Assembly: GCA_001801025.1 (NCBI GenBank)
Contig: MGWO01000007.1
Coordinates: 1,217,576-1,249,575 of the forward strand
Source of the DNA: Gallionellales bacterium GWA2_54_124
Lineage (GTDB): Bacteria; Pseudomonadota; Gammaproteobacteria; Burkholderiales; Gallionellaceae
DNA length: 32,000 bases
Direction of reading: 5' to 3'
Notes under the pieces: model-generated
The model's database searches: none
What the model was told of the DNA's origin: nothing
Seen by the model: only the letters and a program-made list of their open reading frames with translations
Program-made: the position numbers and the translations under genes
Shown: piece after piece, positions 20,333 to 26,886 of the stretch
Position numbering within the stretch: the stretch's first letter is position 1
Layout of the letters: the number at the start of each line of letters is the position of its first letter

Positions 20333-20950
20333 GGTTTGATTGTTCTTGATGATTTTTAATTCGCGTGAATGGGCTGACAAGGGCAGGGCGGCTGTTATCG
20401 CATGGCTTCGCCATTCTCGTAAACTCGGTTGGGATGTCATTTACATTATGCAAGACGTGAATTCTATTGATAAGCAGATTCGCGCCGGATTGATTGAGCA
20501 TGAGGGCGTTTGTAAGCGTTCTGACCGTATGTCATTGCCTTTTGTTGGTGGTATTTTACGTGCTCTCGGTCTTGGTTTTTTGAGTCGTCCGCCTCGTGTT
20601 CATGTCTGCACTGTTAAATATGGCCTTTCCCAGCATGCTCTGTCGTTGATCGTTGGATGTATCGTGGTGTCTTGCTTCAGGATGGTTACGACACGAATCA
20701 GATTTTTAGTGAATTTGATGTTAACGGTGACTCTGTCGGCATTCATTCTATCTTAAGTCCTTGGCATACGCGGGGGCGTTATTTGCCTCCGCCGTTTTTG
20801 ACTCTTTTTCTGCTCTACCTTCGTGGTACTCCTTGGCGAAAGCCGGTTTCAACCTTCAAGCATCCGTTGGTTTCTCGCATCATGAAATTACCGCCGGAAC
20901 GGCGGATAGAGTTTTTCAATCGTTTTGATTCTTGCGGTGCATTTTCATGA
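20333..20950 (+). pseudogene. zot / pI assembly protein body, at least two frameshifts
   Basis: Walker B GLIVLDD (frame 2) hits a stop and the protein resumes in another frame as FNSREWADKGR...HSRKLGWDVIYIMQDVNSIDKQIR. A second shift near 20650 leads into RWMYRGVLLQDGYDTNQIF...LSPWHTRGRY. Confidence 0.7.
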
Positions 20951-21066
20951 GGTTGGTTATTTTGTGTTGCTTGGCTGTCTCGGCTTGTTCGTTTCCTTCG
21001 CATCGTGATGTTTATCTTGATTGGTACAAGTGTATGCAAAACAATTATGTGAAAGATTGTGATTGA
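20947..21066 (+). CDS. Small lipoprotein overlapping zot stop (ATGA), copy 0
   Basis: 39 aa: MRLVILCCLAVSAC|SFPSHRDVYLDWYKCMQNNYVKDCD. Lipobox-like signal and a shared W-x2-C-x8-DC pattern with the ORF at 28177-28308, which sits in the same position. Too short for the ORF track. Confidence 0.55.
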   Translation: MRLVILCCLAVSACSFPSHRDVYLDWYKCMQNNYVKDCD

Positions 21067-21110
21067 GATTTCCCGATCACAGCTGTATGCCGCGTCTTTA
21101 CTGGGTTTGA

Positions 21111-21146
21111 AAAAAGAAAAGGGGGCTTTCGCCCCCTTTTTTTCTC
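21111..21146. terminator. Conserved bidirectional terminator hairpin, copy B
   Basis: AAAAGGGGGC-tttc-GCCCCCTTTT, with an A-run before and a T-run after. Confidence 0.75.
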
Positions 21147-21163
21147 TGGCCGTTGGCTAATTG

Positions 21164-21391
21164 TTAAGCTGTTGCATACCGCCTTACATCTAACTCAACG
21201 CCATGTTGTGCGGCCTGATTTGCTTGCTCTAACAATGATCGGGTGATTTTTGCATCGTGGTAAGCCTCTCCGCAATTTTCACAAACTTCTGCGGGAACGT
21301 TTTTAAACATCATTGTCGAGTTGCCGCGTTCTAGCGTAATGCTTGCAACACCGTGTTGTGTATTTCCGTGTTTGCAAATTGGACATTTCAT
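21164..21391 (-). CDS. MqsA/YgiT-type zinc-ribbon antitoxin-like protein
   Basis: 75 aa: MKCPICKHG...NVPAEVCENCGEAYHD (CxxC...CxxC, YgiT-type zinc-finger pattern). It starts 2 nt after the stop of the upstream DUF4258 gene. Confidence 0.7.
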   Translation of the reverse strand: MKCPICKHGNTQHGVASITLERGNSTMMFKNVPAEVCENCGEAYHDAKITRSLLEQANQAAQHGVELDVRRYATA

Positions 21392-21393
21392 TT

Positions 21394-21666
21394 TTATCTC
21401 CTTGTTTTCAGGTCTTCGAGCCAGATTTCTGGGTTTGGCTCGTATACCGTAATTATGATTCTGATGTCTTCGTCGACAGAGTCGGCGTATACAACGTGAA
21501 CAGCCTTGTTTCCTGCATGTCCTAATAACAGTGCGCTAGGATAGGGCGTGTCATTCGGGTATGCCTCAATAATTGTTCCGGTTTCAATTGCCTGTTCTAC
21601 GTCAATTTCTGATATGCAACGCTCATGCATTCGCTTGATGGCGTGTTGTCTGTAAATTATCCGCAT
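21394..21666 (-). CDS. DUF4258-family toxin-like protein
   Basis: MRIIYRQHAIKRMHERCISEIDVEQAIETGTIIEAYPNDTPYPSALLLG...HVVYA...IIITVYEPNPEIW matches my recollection of the DUF4258 pattern. Start set at the ATG at 21666, which follows the conserved leader/RBS. Confidence 0.7.
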   Translation of the reverse strand: MRIIYRQHAIKRMHERCISEIDVEQAIETGTIIEAYPNDTPYPSALLLGHAGNKAVHVVYADSVDEDIRIIITVYEPNPEIWLEDLKTRR

Positions 21667-21690
21667 GCTTTTCCTTCGTTTGATTGTCAA

Positions 21691-21883
21691 GACTAAATGA
21701 TTTTCACTACATTAGCAATTTAGTGACCACTCGATGCACTCTCCTGGACGTAAAAAAACTTTCCGCCTCGATGCTCAACCGTCCCGCTTTTTGCCCGAGA
21801 GGAAAAAAGGGTTTCTGGCGGTGTTGATCTGCTGGATCTGACCCGAAGACCGTAGGGTTCGGCAGTCGTCCCGCCGAAGGTTA
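21691..21883. repeat. 193-bp repeat R, copy B
   Basis: See 20138-20330. The two flanks diverge immediately after ...CCGCCGAAGGTTA. Confidence 0.9.
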
Positions 21884-21969
21884 TCCAGTCAGCGCGCAGC
21901 CTGTTTTTTAATCACGGAGCTTTTCGCCGTTGATTTTTATTTATCGCGCTGGGGTGTTATTGTGACTTT

Positions 21970-22226
21970 ATGATATTTCATCCATACCCAGTTTGGTCTG
22001 TTGTAATCCGTAATCATTTTTGGACTCTGCGTTATATTCGCGGATTCAATGAGTCGCGGAGACGTCAGCAATATTGGCTAATCGAGAAAGAAAAAAACGC
22101 CTGTATGAAACAGGCGTTGATAGTGAAGTGGTGCGGTTGTTATGCCGAGATATGGCAATTCCTCGGAATCCTCATGCTGAAAAGCGCTTTTGGGATGAAT
22201 TTCATAAGCCCGCGAATTCTCCATAA
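21970..22226 (+). pseudogene. attP-adjacent 85-aa basic protein homolog, frameshifted in an A7 tract
   Basis: The first 42 codons parallel 29460-29717 with many synonymous differences. After A7 (22091-22097, versus A8 in the other copy) homology continues in the +1 frame (KRLYETGVDSEVVRLLCR...KRFWDEFHKPANSP, stop at 22224-22226). Confidence 0.7.
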
Positions 22227-22608
22227 TTTTCTTCTTATATTTGACATAATATACATTTGAATTCAACGAGTTACGATCTAACCCTATCAATTCACTTGCA
22301 TTTGCTGGGGCAGGTGTCATGTTTAAAATGACAGCACCTAATATCACCGACGCGGCATGACTCACAAAAGGGAGCAATACCGCTCTTCTTTCCTGATTTT
22401 TTTCTGTTATTAATTCGCTTGCTGAAATTACTTCCATTTCATTTATTGTTAATAGTTGAGCAATTTGACAACAAACTGCGATTGGTAAACCTGCGCGTCC
22501 GTTTTTTGCATTTGTAATTTGTTGAGAAGATACGCCAAGATAATCGGCTAATTCCTTTTGGCTCCCGACTTCCATTATTGCTAAGACAATGTAATTTTTC
22601 ATATTCAT
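22078..22608 (-). CDS. HTH (Cro/CI-type) phage repressor-like protein; ORF reads through the dif-like site
   Basis: MNMKNYIVLAIMEVGSQKELADYLGVSSQQITNAKNGRAGLP is an HTH. A hydrophobic segment follows (ASVILGAVILNM). AGGAG RBS before the ATG at 22608. There is no stop before the attachment site, and the 28-mer itself encodes NSNVYYVKY. Confidence 0.65.
   Translation of the reverse strand: MNMKNYIVLAIMEVGSQKELADYLGVSSQQITNAKNGRAGLPIAVCCQIAQLLTINEMEVISASELITEKNQERRAVLLPFVSHAASVILGAVILNMTPAPANASELIGLDRNSLNSNVYYVKYKKKIMENSRAYEIHPKSAFQHEDSEELPYLGITTAPLHYQRLFHTGVFFFLD
22096..22118 (-). terminator. Minus-strand intrinsic terminator embedded in the 85-aa ORF (copy 0)
   Basis: AACGCCTG / CAGGCGTT stem. 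On the minus strand it is followed by the T7 run. It lies downstream of the repressor gene, across the dif-like site. Confidence 0.55.
22239..22266 (-). other. dif-like XerC/D site, hybrid (XerD arm and spacer intact, XerC arm degenerate)
   Basis: Plus strand: ATTTGACATAA TATACA TTTGAATTCAA. The reverse complement of the first 17 nt is TGTATA-TTATGTCAAAT, against E. coli dif TGTATA-TTATGTTAAAT. The last 11 nt do not resemble a XerC arm. Confidence 0.7.
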
Positions 22609-22620
22609 TATTTTCTCCTG

Positions 22621-22688
22621 TTGACATACAAATTTATTTGATTTATTGTGTCGATCAAATAAGTTTGTATGCAATTAAATTTGTATGC
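22621..22688 (+). promoter_or_regulatory. Rightward promoter candidate plus three operator-like 9-mers
   Basis: TTGACA (22621-22626), 17 nt, TATTGT (22644-22649). TTTGTATGC occurs at 22664-22672 and 22680-22688, and its near-complement ACATACAAA at 22624-22632. Confidence 0.5.
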
Positions 22689-22737
22689 GCTTAGATTGCA
22701 CCAAACAGCGCAACAAGTCAATCAACAGGGGGCAGGA

Positions 22738-22968
22738 ATGCAAAACGGACAACCAGCACAGCAAAGGCTTATAGGCGTTTCTGGCATTATTCCCGTGCAT
22801 CTTGAAAACCGTCTACACAATTTAGCAGCTTCAAACCGCCGCGATTTCGACTTAGATTACTCGGACACGTTCGCTCAGGTGATCGCGCTAGGTGTCGATG
22901 CATTACAGTCCAGACGTTCGTCGGCCTATGTCCGGTCAACTGAAATTATGAAAAAGGTTTGCGGCTAA
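22738..22968 (+). CDS. Hypothetical small protein upstream of rep
   Basis: 76 aa from the ATG at 22738 (GGGGGCAGGA RBS). TAATG overlap with the in-frame rep ATG at 22968. No recognisable motif. Confidence 0.4.
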   Translation: MQNGQPAQQRLIGVSGIIPVHLENRLHNLAASNRRDFDLDYSDTFAQVIALGVDALQSRRSSAYVRSTEIMKKVCG

Positions 22969-24092
22969 TGACTCCTGCAAACCAACAGGCGCTTGAGGCT
23001 TTACAGGCTTACGACCTCGCGCATCCTCCCGTTGAGTCTGTCTCAACACAACCAGAATTTTTCAAGATAGTGCTGACTGATGATTCCAAATGTCCGGTCA
23101 AGCTAATACCGAATCGCATGTCATCTGGGGATGGTGTTGCATTCCTCGATTGGGTCAATTTCACTATCCACGAATCAACCATGATTGACTCTGCTTTAGA
23201 GGGGCAGTGTTTTTCTGACGAAGATTTCATGGTTTCGTTTTCTCGCATCCTCTTTAAGATTTTCGGCTTTGGTCTTACTTCTCGCATGAGTACCGGATCT
23301 GATTTCTACCAAAAAAGATGGGTGCTAGGGGAGGGCTTCGGCTTTGTCTGTTTCGGCGGCAATAACTCAACCGTCTTGACCAAGCTTTCTGGCACTGGCT
23401 GTGCGGCTGCTCTGCACGGTTGGGAATCTCGGTTAAGAAATTTCCTAGAGTATCAAGCTGTCCAGCCTCGTATCACGCGCCTCGATCTGGCGCACGATGT
23501 CTATGATGGTCAATCCTACAATGTGGATAGAGCTTCCAGTGATTACGATGCTGGCTTATTTTCTTCCGGCGGTCGCTCTCCGAATATCGAACTGCGCGGC
23601 AACTGGCGCACGCCAAACGGCAAAGGCCGCACGGTCTATGTCGGCGCAAGATCAAACGGTAAATATCTCCGCGTCTATGAGAAGGGCCGTCAGCTGGGCG
23701 ATGCTACATCTGAGTGGGTTCGTATCGAGGTTGAAATTAAATCCATTGATCGCGTTATCCCTTTTGATGCTCTGGTTAAGGCTGGCGAATATCTCGCGGC
23801 AACTTATCCGGCGCTCAATTTTCTGTCCGTTAAGCAATGTCGCATTGAAACAATTTCCCGTACTGCTAAGGCTGGCTATGCGCACACGGTTGCATGGTTA
23901 AAACATCAGTGTGGATCATCTTTGGCTCTGGTCGCTGAGATAGAGGGCGGGGCGGATCAGGCTCTTGATCTTATAAAACGCCCGATAGTTTTAAAGGGTG
24001 CTTTGCTCGTACCGTCTTGTGATACGCATCTAGTTCCTATTCATGATCGTGAGCGATTGGAGCATCCCGATATGGTTTTACCTGAATTCTGA
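22959..24092 (+). CDS. Rolling-circle replication initiation protein (Rep_trans / RstA-like)
   Basis: ITRLDLAHDV...GRTVYVGARSNGKYLRVYEKG...EWVRIEVEIK is the pattern of replication-initiation-factor (RstA-type) proteins of filamentous phages. The start may be the TTG at 22959 or the ATG at 22968. Confidence 0.75.
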   Translation: MRLMTPANQQALEALQAYDLAHPPVESVSTQPEFFKIVLTDDSKCPVKLIPNRMSSGDGVAFLDWVNFTIHESTMIDSALEGQCFSDEDFMVSFSRILFKIFGFGLTSRMSTGSDFYQKRWVLGEGFGFVCFGGNNSTVLTKLSGTGCAAALHGWESRLRNFLEYQAVQPRITRLDLAHDVYDGQSYNVDRASSDYDAGLFSSGGRSPNIELRGNWRTPNGKGRTVYVGARSNGKYLRVYEKGRQLGDATSEWVRIEVEIKSIDRVIPFDALVKAGEYLAATYPALNFLSVKQCRIETISRTAKAGYAHTVAWLKHQCGSSLALVAEIEGGADQALDLIKRPIVLKGALLVPSCDTHLVPIHDRERLEHPDMVLPEF

Positions 24093-24163
24093 TTTTTGAT
24101 TACCTCCTGTTTCCGGCGCTCAGGGTCAAAGGTATAGCCGTAGTAATTTATAAGGAAATTGTC

Positions 24164-24457
24164 ATGAAATTTAAAGCCTCTGTTGTTGTTACTGGTCTGA
24201 AGCGTTCTAAAGGCGATATGGAAGGTACGCCTTATGACTTTACGTCTGTTTTTATTCAGGTTGATTTAGACGAATCTACAAAAAACGCTCGCGGTCAGGC
24301 TGTTGAACCGTACAAGCTTGGCACGTCAGACAATTACGCGACTTTCGACGGTTTCCAGTTGCCGTTTAATGCGATGGCTGAGTTTGAAATTACAACTACG
24401 GGCAAAGTCGCAAAGCAAAAATTGCTTTCCCTTGTTCCTGTTCCTGCTCGTCCGTAA
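24164..24457 (+). CDS. Candidate ssDNA-binding protein (gpV analogue)
   Basis: 97 aa, immediately after rep, with an AAGGAA RBS. The assignment rests on size and position only. Confidence 0.35.
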   Translation: MKFKASVVVTGLKRSKGDMEGTPYDFTSVFIQVDLDESTKNARGQAVEPYKLGTSDNYATFDGFQLPFNAMAEFEITTTGKVAKQKLLSLVPVPARP

Positions 24458-24681
24458 TGCAATCCCCTGCGCTCCGTCAAGTTTGGGTTATCCAGTGCAA
24501 AAGCACGGGGGCTTTCTTGACGCCTGAACAAGGCTTTGCTGCAAGCCTAAAGAGGGCAGGGCGTTTGTTCAATCCTGATGAAGTCAGAGAGACGGCTTTT
24601 GATGCGCTCGATGACGATTATGAGGTTCATACCTTCTACGAGGTTGTGCAAATGCTTGAGGGTTTTCGTCATTATGAGTAG
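24457..24681 (+). CDS. Hypothetical protein
   Basis: 74 aa with a TAATG overlap with the upstream ORF. No motif recognised. Confidence 0.4.
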   Translation: MQSPALRQVWVIQCKSTGAFLTPEQGFAASLKRAGRLFNPDEVRETAFDALDDDYEVHTFYEVVQMLEGFRHYE

Positions 24682-24692
24682 CTTTTTCAATG

Positions 24693-24718
24693 CCCCCCCC
24701 CCCACATAAGATGGGGGG
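24693..24718. repeat. C11 homopolymer / G6 hairpin in intergenic region
   Basis: C x11 at 24693-24703, a 9-nt spacer, then G x6 at 24713-24718. Confidence 0.8.
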
Positions 24719-24778
24719 AAAGTATCTTTGTAAGTATGTATGTAGGGTATTTTCCCAAAATTTTATAGGGTTGGATTC

Positions 24779-24967
24779 TTGATGTTTAGTGAACATTCCA
24801 TCACTGCCGACTGGTTCATTCAGCAAGTCATATTAGCCCTGATTCATAGTGCTGTTTATGGCATGGCTTACCACTTTTTCAAAGGGCTGTCCCTCGGTGG
24901 TGCGGTGTTGGCTTGCTTGTGTCTGCTGGTCGTAGCGTGGCTCGCATTTAAACTTTTTAGGCGTTAG
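24779..24967 (+). CDS. Small two-TM membrane protein
   Basis: 62 aa with two hydrophobic helices. Its position is typical of minor virion or morphogenesis proteins. Confidence 0.4.
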   Translation: MMFSEHSITADWFIQQVILALIHSAVYGMAYHFFKGLSLGGAVLACLCLLVVAWLAFKLFRR

Positions 24968-24976
24968 GTCAATTAA

Positions 24977-25288
24977 ATGGCTTTTACTTGCGTCCCAGTC
25001 GTTGCTCAGTGGGGTACTGTCTCCTACATCAACACGAATCAAGCCGCATGCGCTGCTAATCAGTGGGCTGTGTTCACCTCTGCTGATTTGACTGCCTATA
25101 ACGCATCTTTAACCGCTGGCACGGCTTCAACCCCTGCCGTTACACAAACAACGTCATTCTTTCCCTCGATGACGATTGCGGAGGCTCTGCCCATATTTGC
25201 AGCTATCTCGCTGCTGTGGGGGCTGGCTTTCACCTTGAGGGCTATTGGTAATTTTCTAAAACCTAAATCTGGAGATTCAAATGATTAA
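24977..25288 (+). CDS. Small C-terminally anchored protein (possible minor coat protein)
   Basis: 103 aa with a C-terminal TM (LPIFAAISLLWGLAFTL). Its first 120 nt recur with one synonymous change at 31881-32000. Confidence 0.5.
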   Translation: MAFTCVPVVAQWGTVSYINTNQAACAANQWAVFTSADLTAYNASLTAGTASTPAVTQTTSFFPSMTIAEALPIFAAISLLWGLAFTLRAIGNFLKPKSGDSND

Positions 25289-25499
25289 AAAACTGAAAAA
25301 CGCGCTGATTCGTAAACAATTCAAGATCGCTGCTGGCGCTGGTGCGCTTCTGGCTGCTGGCTCGTCACAAGCTGCCATCGATGTAACTGGCGTTACAGCT
25401 GCCCTCACTGATGGTTTGACCGCTGTAGGTACGATCGGCGGTGCTGTTCTGCTCATTTGGGGGACAAAGAAGGTTTACGCCCTCATTTCCGGTCGTTAA
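25281..25499 (+). CDS. Major coat protein (gpVIII-like)
   Basis: 72 aa. Signal peptide ending SSQA|A, then a mature roughly 40-aa peptide with an acidic N-terminus, a hydrophobic core and a basic C-terminus (WGTKKVYALISGR). GGAG RBS and a strong terminator after it. Confidence 0.75.
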   Translation: MIKKLKNALIRKQFKIAAGAGALLAAGSSQAAIDVTGVTAALTDGLTAVGTIGGAVLLIWGTKKVYALISGR

Positions 25500-25518
25500 T
25501 CTTCAGTAAACAAATAAT

Positions 25519-25555
25519 TCCCCTTGTTGCGCGTAGCCTCAAGGGGATTTTTTTT
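25519..25555 (+). terminator. Rho-independent terminator after coat gene
   Basis: TCCCCTTG / CAAGGGGA stem, 13-nt loop, T8 run. Confidence 0.8.
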
Positions 25556-25608
25556 AAGGGGTATAAATTGGAAGGTTATCTTTTGTTACTCGGGCTTATC
25601 GGTGCTTT

Positions 25609-26886
25609 ATGGATTCTCTTCGCTCCCTAGTTTTACTTCTCGCCGTGTTTTTTTCCGGCCATGCTTTTGCTGGTGTTGATTACTCTCAACCCCAGCAGTC
25701 ATTCTCTGCACAAAGCTTGTCAGGTTCTTTTTCTAGCGCTGGGCTTATGCTTTCCGCTTTTATGTCTCATTTTCCGCAATATACGTCCTGTACTTTTGAT
25801 GGCGTCAACTCGCATCCAATTCTCTGCGATGGCACTGGCGGCGGCGGACCTTATACTCAGCAACCTATGGGTGTCGGTTATGCTTCTGCCCCTCTTTGCC
25901 CTTTATCATCTACGTTTAATTCTGTTTCTGGTCAGTGCGAAAAGCCAAATTCATGTACGGCTGGCCAGACTATTTTTGCTGGTCGTTGGTCGTCTATGCC
26001 CTCAAACGGCTGTAATTCAGGGTGTAATGCAGTTTGGACAGGCTCAAACGTTGCGGGAAGTTCCTCTAATTTTTCCGGTTCTGCTGTCCTCGATGGGTCG
26101 TCATGTTCTGGTGGATCGGCTGTGCCTCCTCCTGATTTGCAGGATATAACGGCTTGTCCATCTGGCCCGACTGGCCCGACTTCCTGCGCTGCTGGCGAAT
26201 CACTCGTTATTCAGGGTTGTACAGCATCTTGCTCCCCTAATACTCAGTCTGGTACTTCCGGATCAACGACTGGCGGCACTACTGGCGGCACTACTGGCGG
26301 TACAACTGGTGGCACAACTGGTGGCACAACTGGTGGTACAACTGGCGGTACAACAGGCGGTACAACTACCACAAACAACACGACAAACAATGTTGATATG
26401 TCGCCCGTCACGGCTGCGGTCGATGCTGCAACGGCTGCAATCAAGGCAGGAACGCTTGTCCAGTACTGCATCGATCATCCTGATGCGAATATCTGTCAGA
26501 CCAATGTCATTAATGCCGCTTGCGGTTCTTTTAACTGCTCTGGTGACGCTATTCAGTGCGCGATCGCAAAAGATCAATTTGACCTTCATTGCAAGCTTGC
26601 TAATGAGCAAAACGCCAATCTTGATATAGGCAAAAGGATGATTGATGGAACGGACACTAGCGTCAGAAATCCCGCTGATGTCGCTAACCGCTCCACTTTC
26701 TCAATTGGTTCTTTGGATATGAGTTCCCCCATTGCGGCCAAGTGCCCGGACGATGTTGTTTTTACTGTCATGGGTAAGTCGTCAACTTTGCCGTTGTCTC
26801 TCTGGTGTCCTTATCTCGCTCTTGTCGGCAATGTTTTCATGGCCTTGTCTCTTGTCGCTGCTGCTAAAATTATCGGAGGTGTTTAA
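25609..26886 (+). CDS. Adsorption / minor coat protein (gpIII-like)
   Basis: 425 aa. Signal peptide, Cys-rich N-terminal domains, (TTGG)x8 flexible linker, C-terminal membrane anchor. Confidence 0.7.
   Translation: MDSLRSLVLLLAVFFSGHAFAGVDYSQPQQSFSAQSLSGSFSSAGLMLSAFMSHFPQYTSCTFDGVNSHPILCDGTGGGGPYTQQPMGVGYASAPLCPLSSTFNSVSGQCEKPNSCTAGQTIFAGRWSSMPSNGCNSGCNAVWTGSNVAGSSSNFSGSAVLDGSSCSGGSAVPPPDLQDITACPSGPTGPTSCAAGESLVIQGCTASCSPNTQSGTSGSTTGGTTGGTTGGTTGGTTGGTTGGTTGGTTGGTTTTNNTTNNVDMSPVTAAVDAATAAIKAGTLVQYCIDHPDANICQTNVINAACGSFNCSGDAIQCAIAKDQFDLHCKLANEQNANLDIGKRMIDGTDTSVRNPADVANRSTFSIGSLDMSSPIAAKCPDDVVFTVMGKSSTLPLSLWCPYLALVGNVFMALSLVAAAKIIGGV
26266..26361 (+). repeat. 12-bp tandem repeat x8 encoding (TTGG)n linker
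   Basis: ACN ACN GGN GGN is repeated 8 times with synonymous third-position variation. Confidence 0.9.

Larger units (their letters stand above)
19727..22238 (+). mobile_element. Decayed filamentous-prophage remnant(s) (zot fragments, cargo cassettes, attP-proximal ORF)
   Basis: Contains a zot N-terminal fragment, a frameshifted zot body, a post-zot lipoprotein, the same terminator/leader modules as the intact copy, and ends at a dif-like site. It lacks rep, coat and pIII genes. Confidence 0.75.

Noticed and set aside
20222-20440. 72-aa minus-strand ORF spanning repeat R
   Set aside because: It extends across the R/zot junction, so it cannot be conserved in copy B, where the flank differs. 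No RBS.
25661-26629. Alternative-frame and antisense ORFs within the gpIII-like gene, including the PPVV-repeat ORF at 26244-26471; also whether the 12-bp repeats could be a CRISPR array
   Set aside because: They are shadows of the TTGG repeat and the Cys-rich region. The repeats are contiguous with no spacers and lie in frame within a secreted protein, so this is not a CRISPR array.
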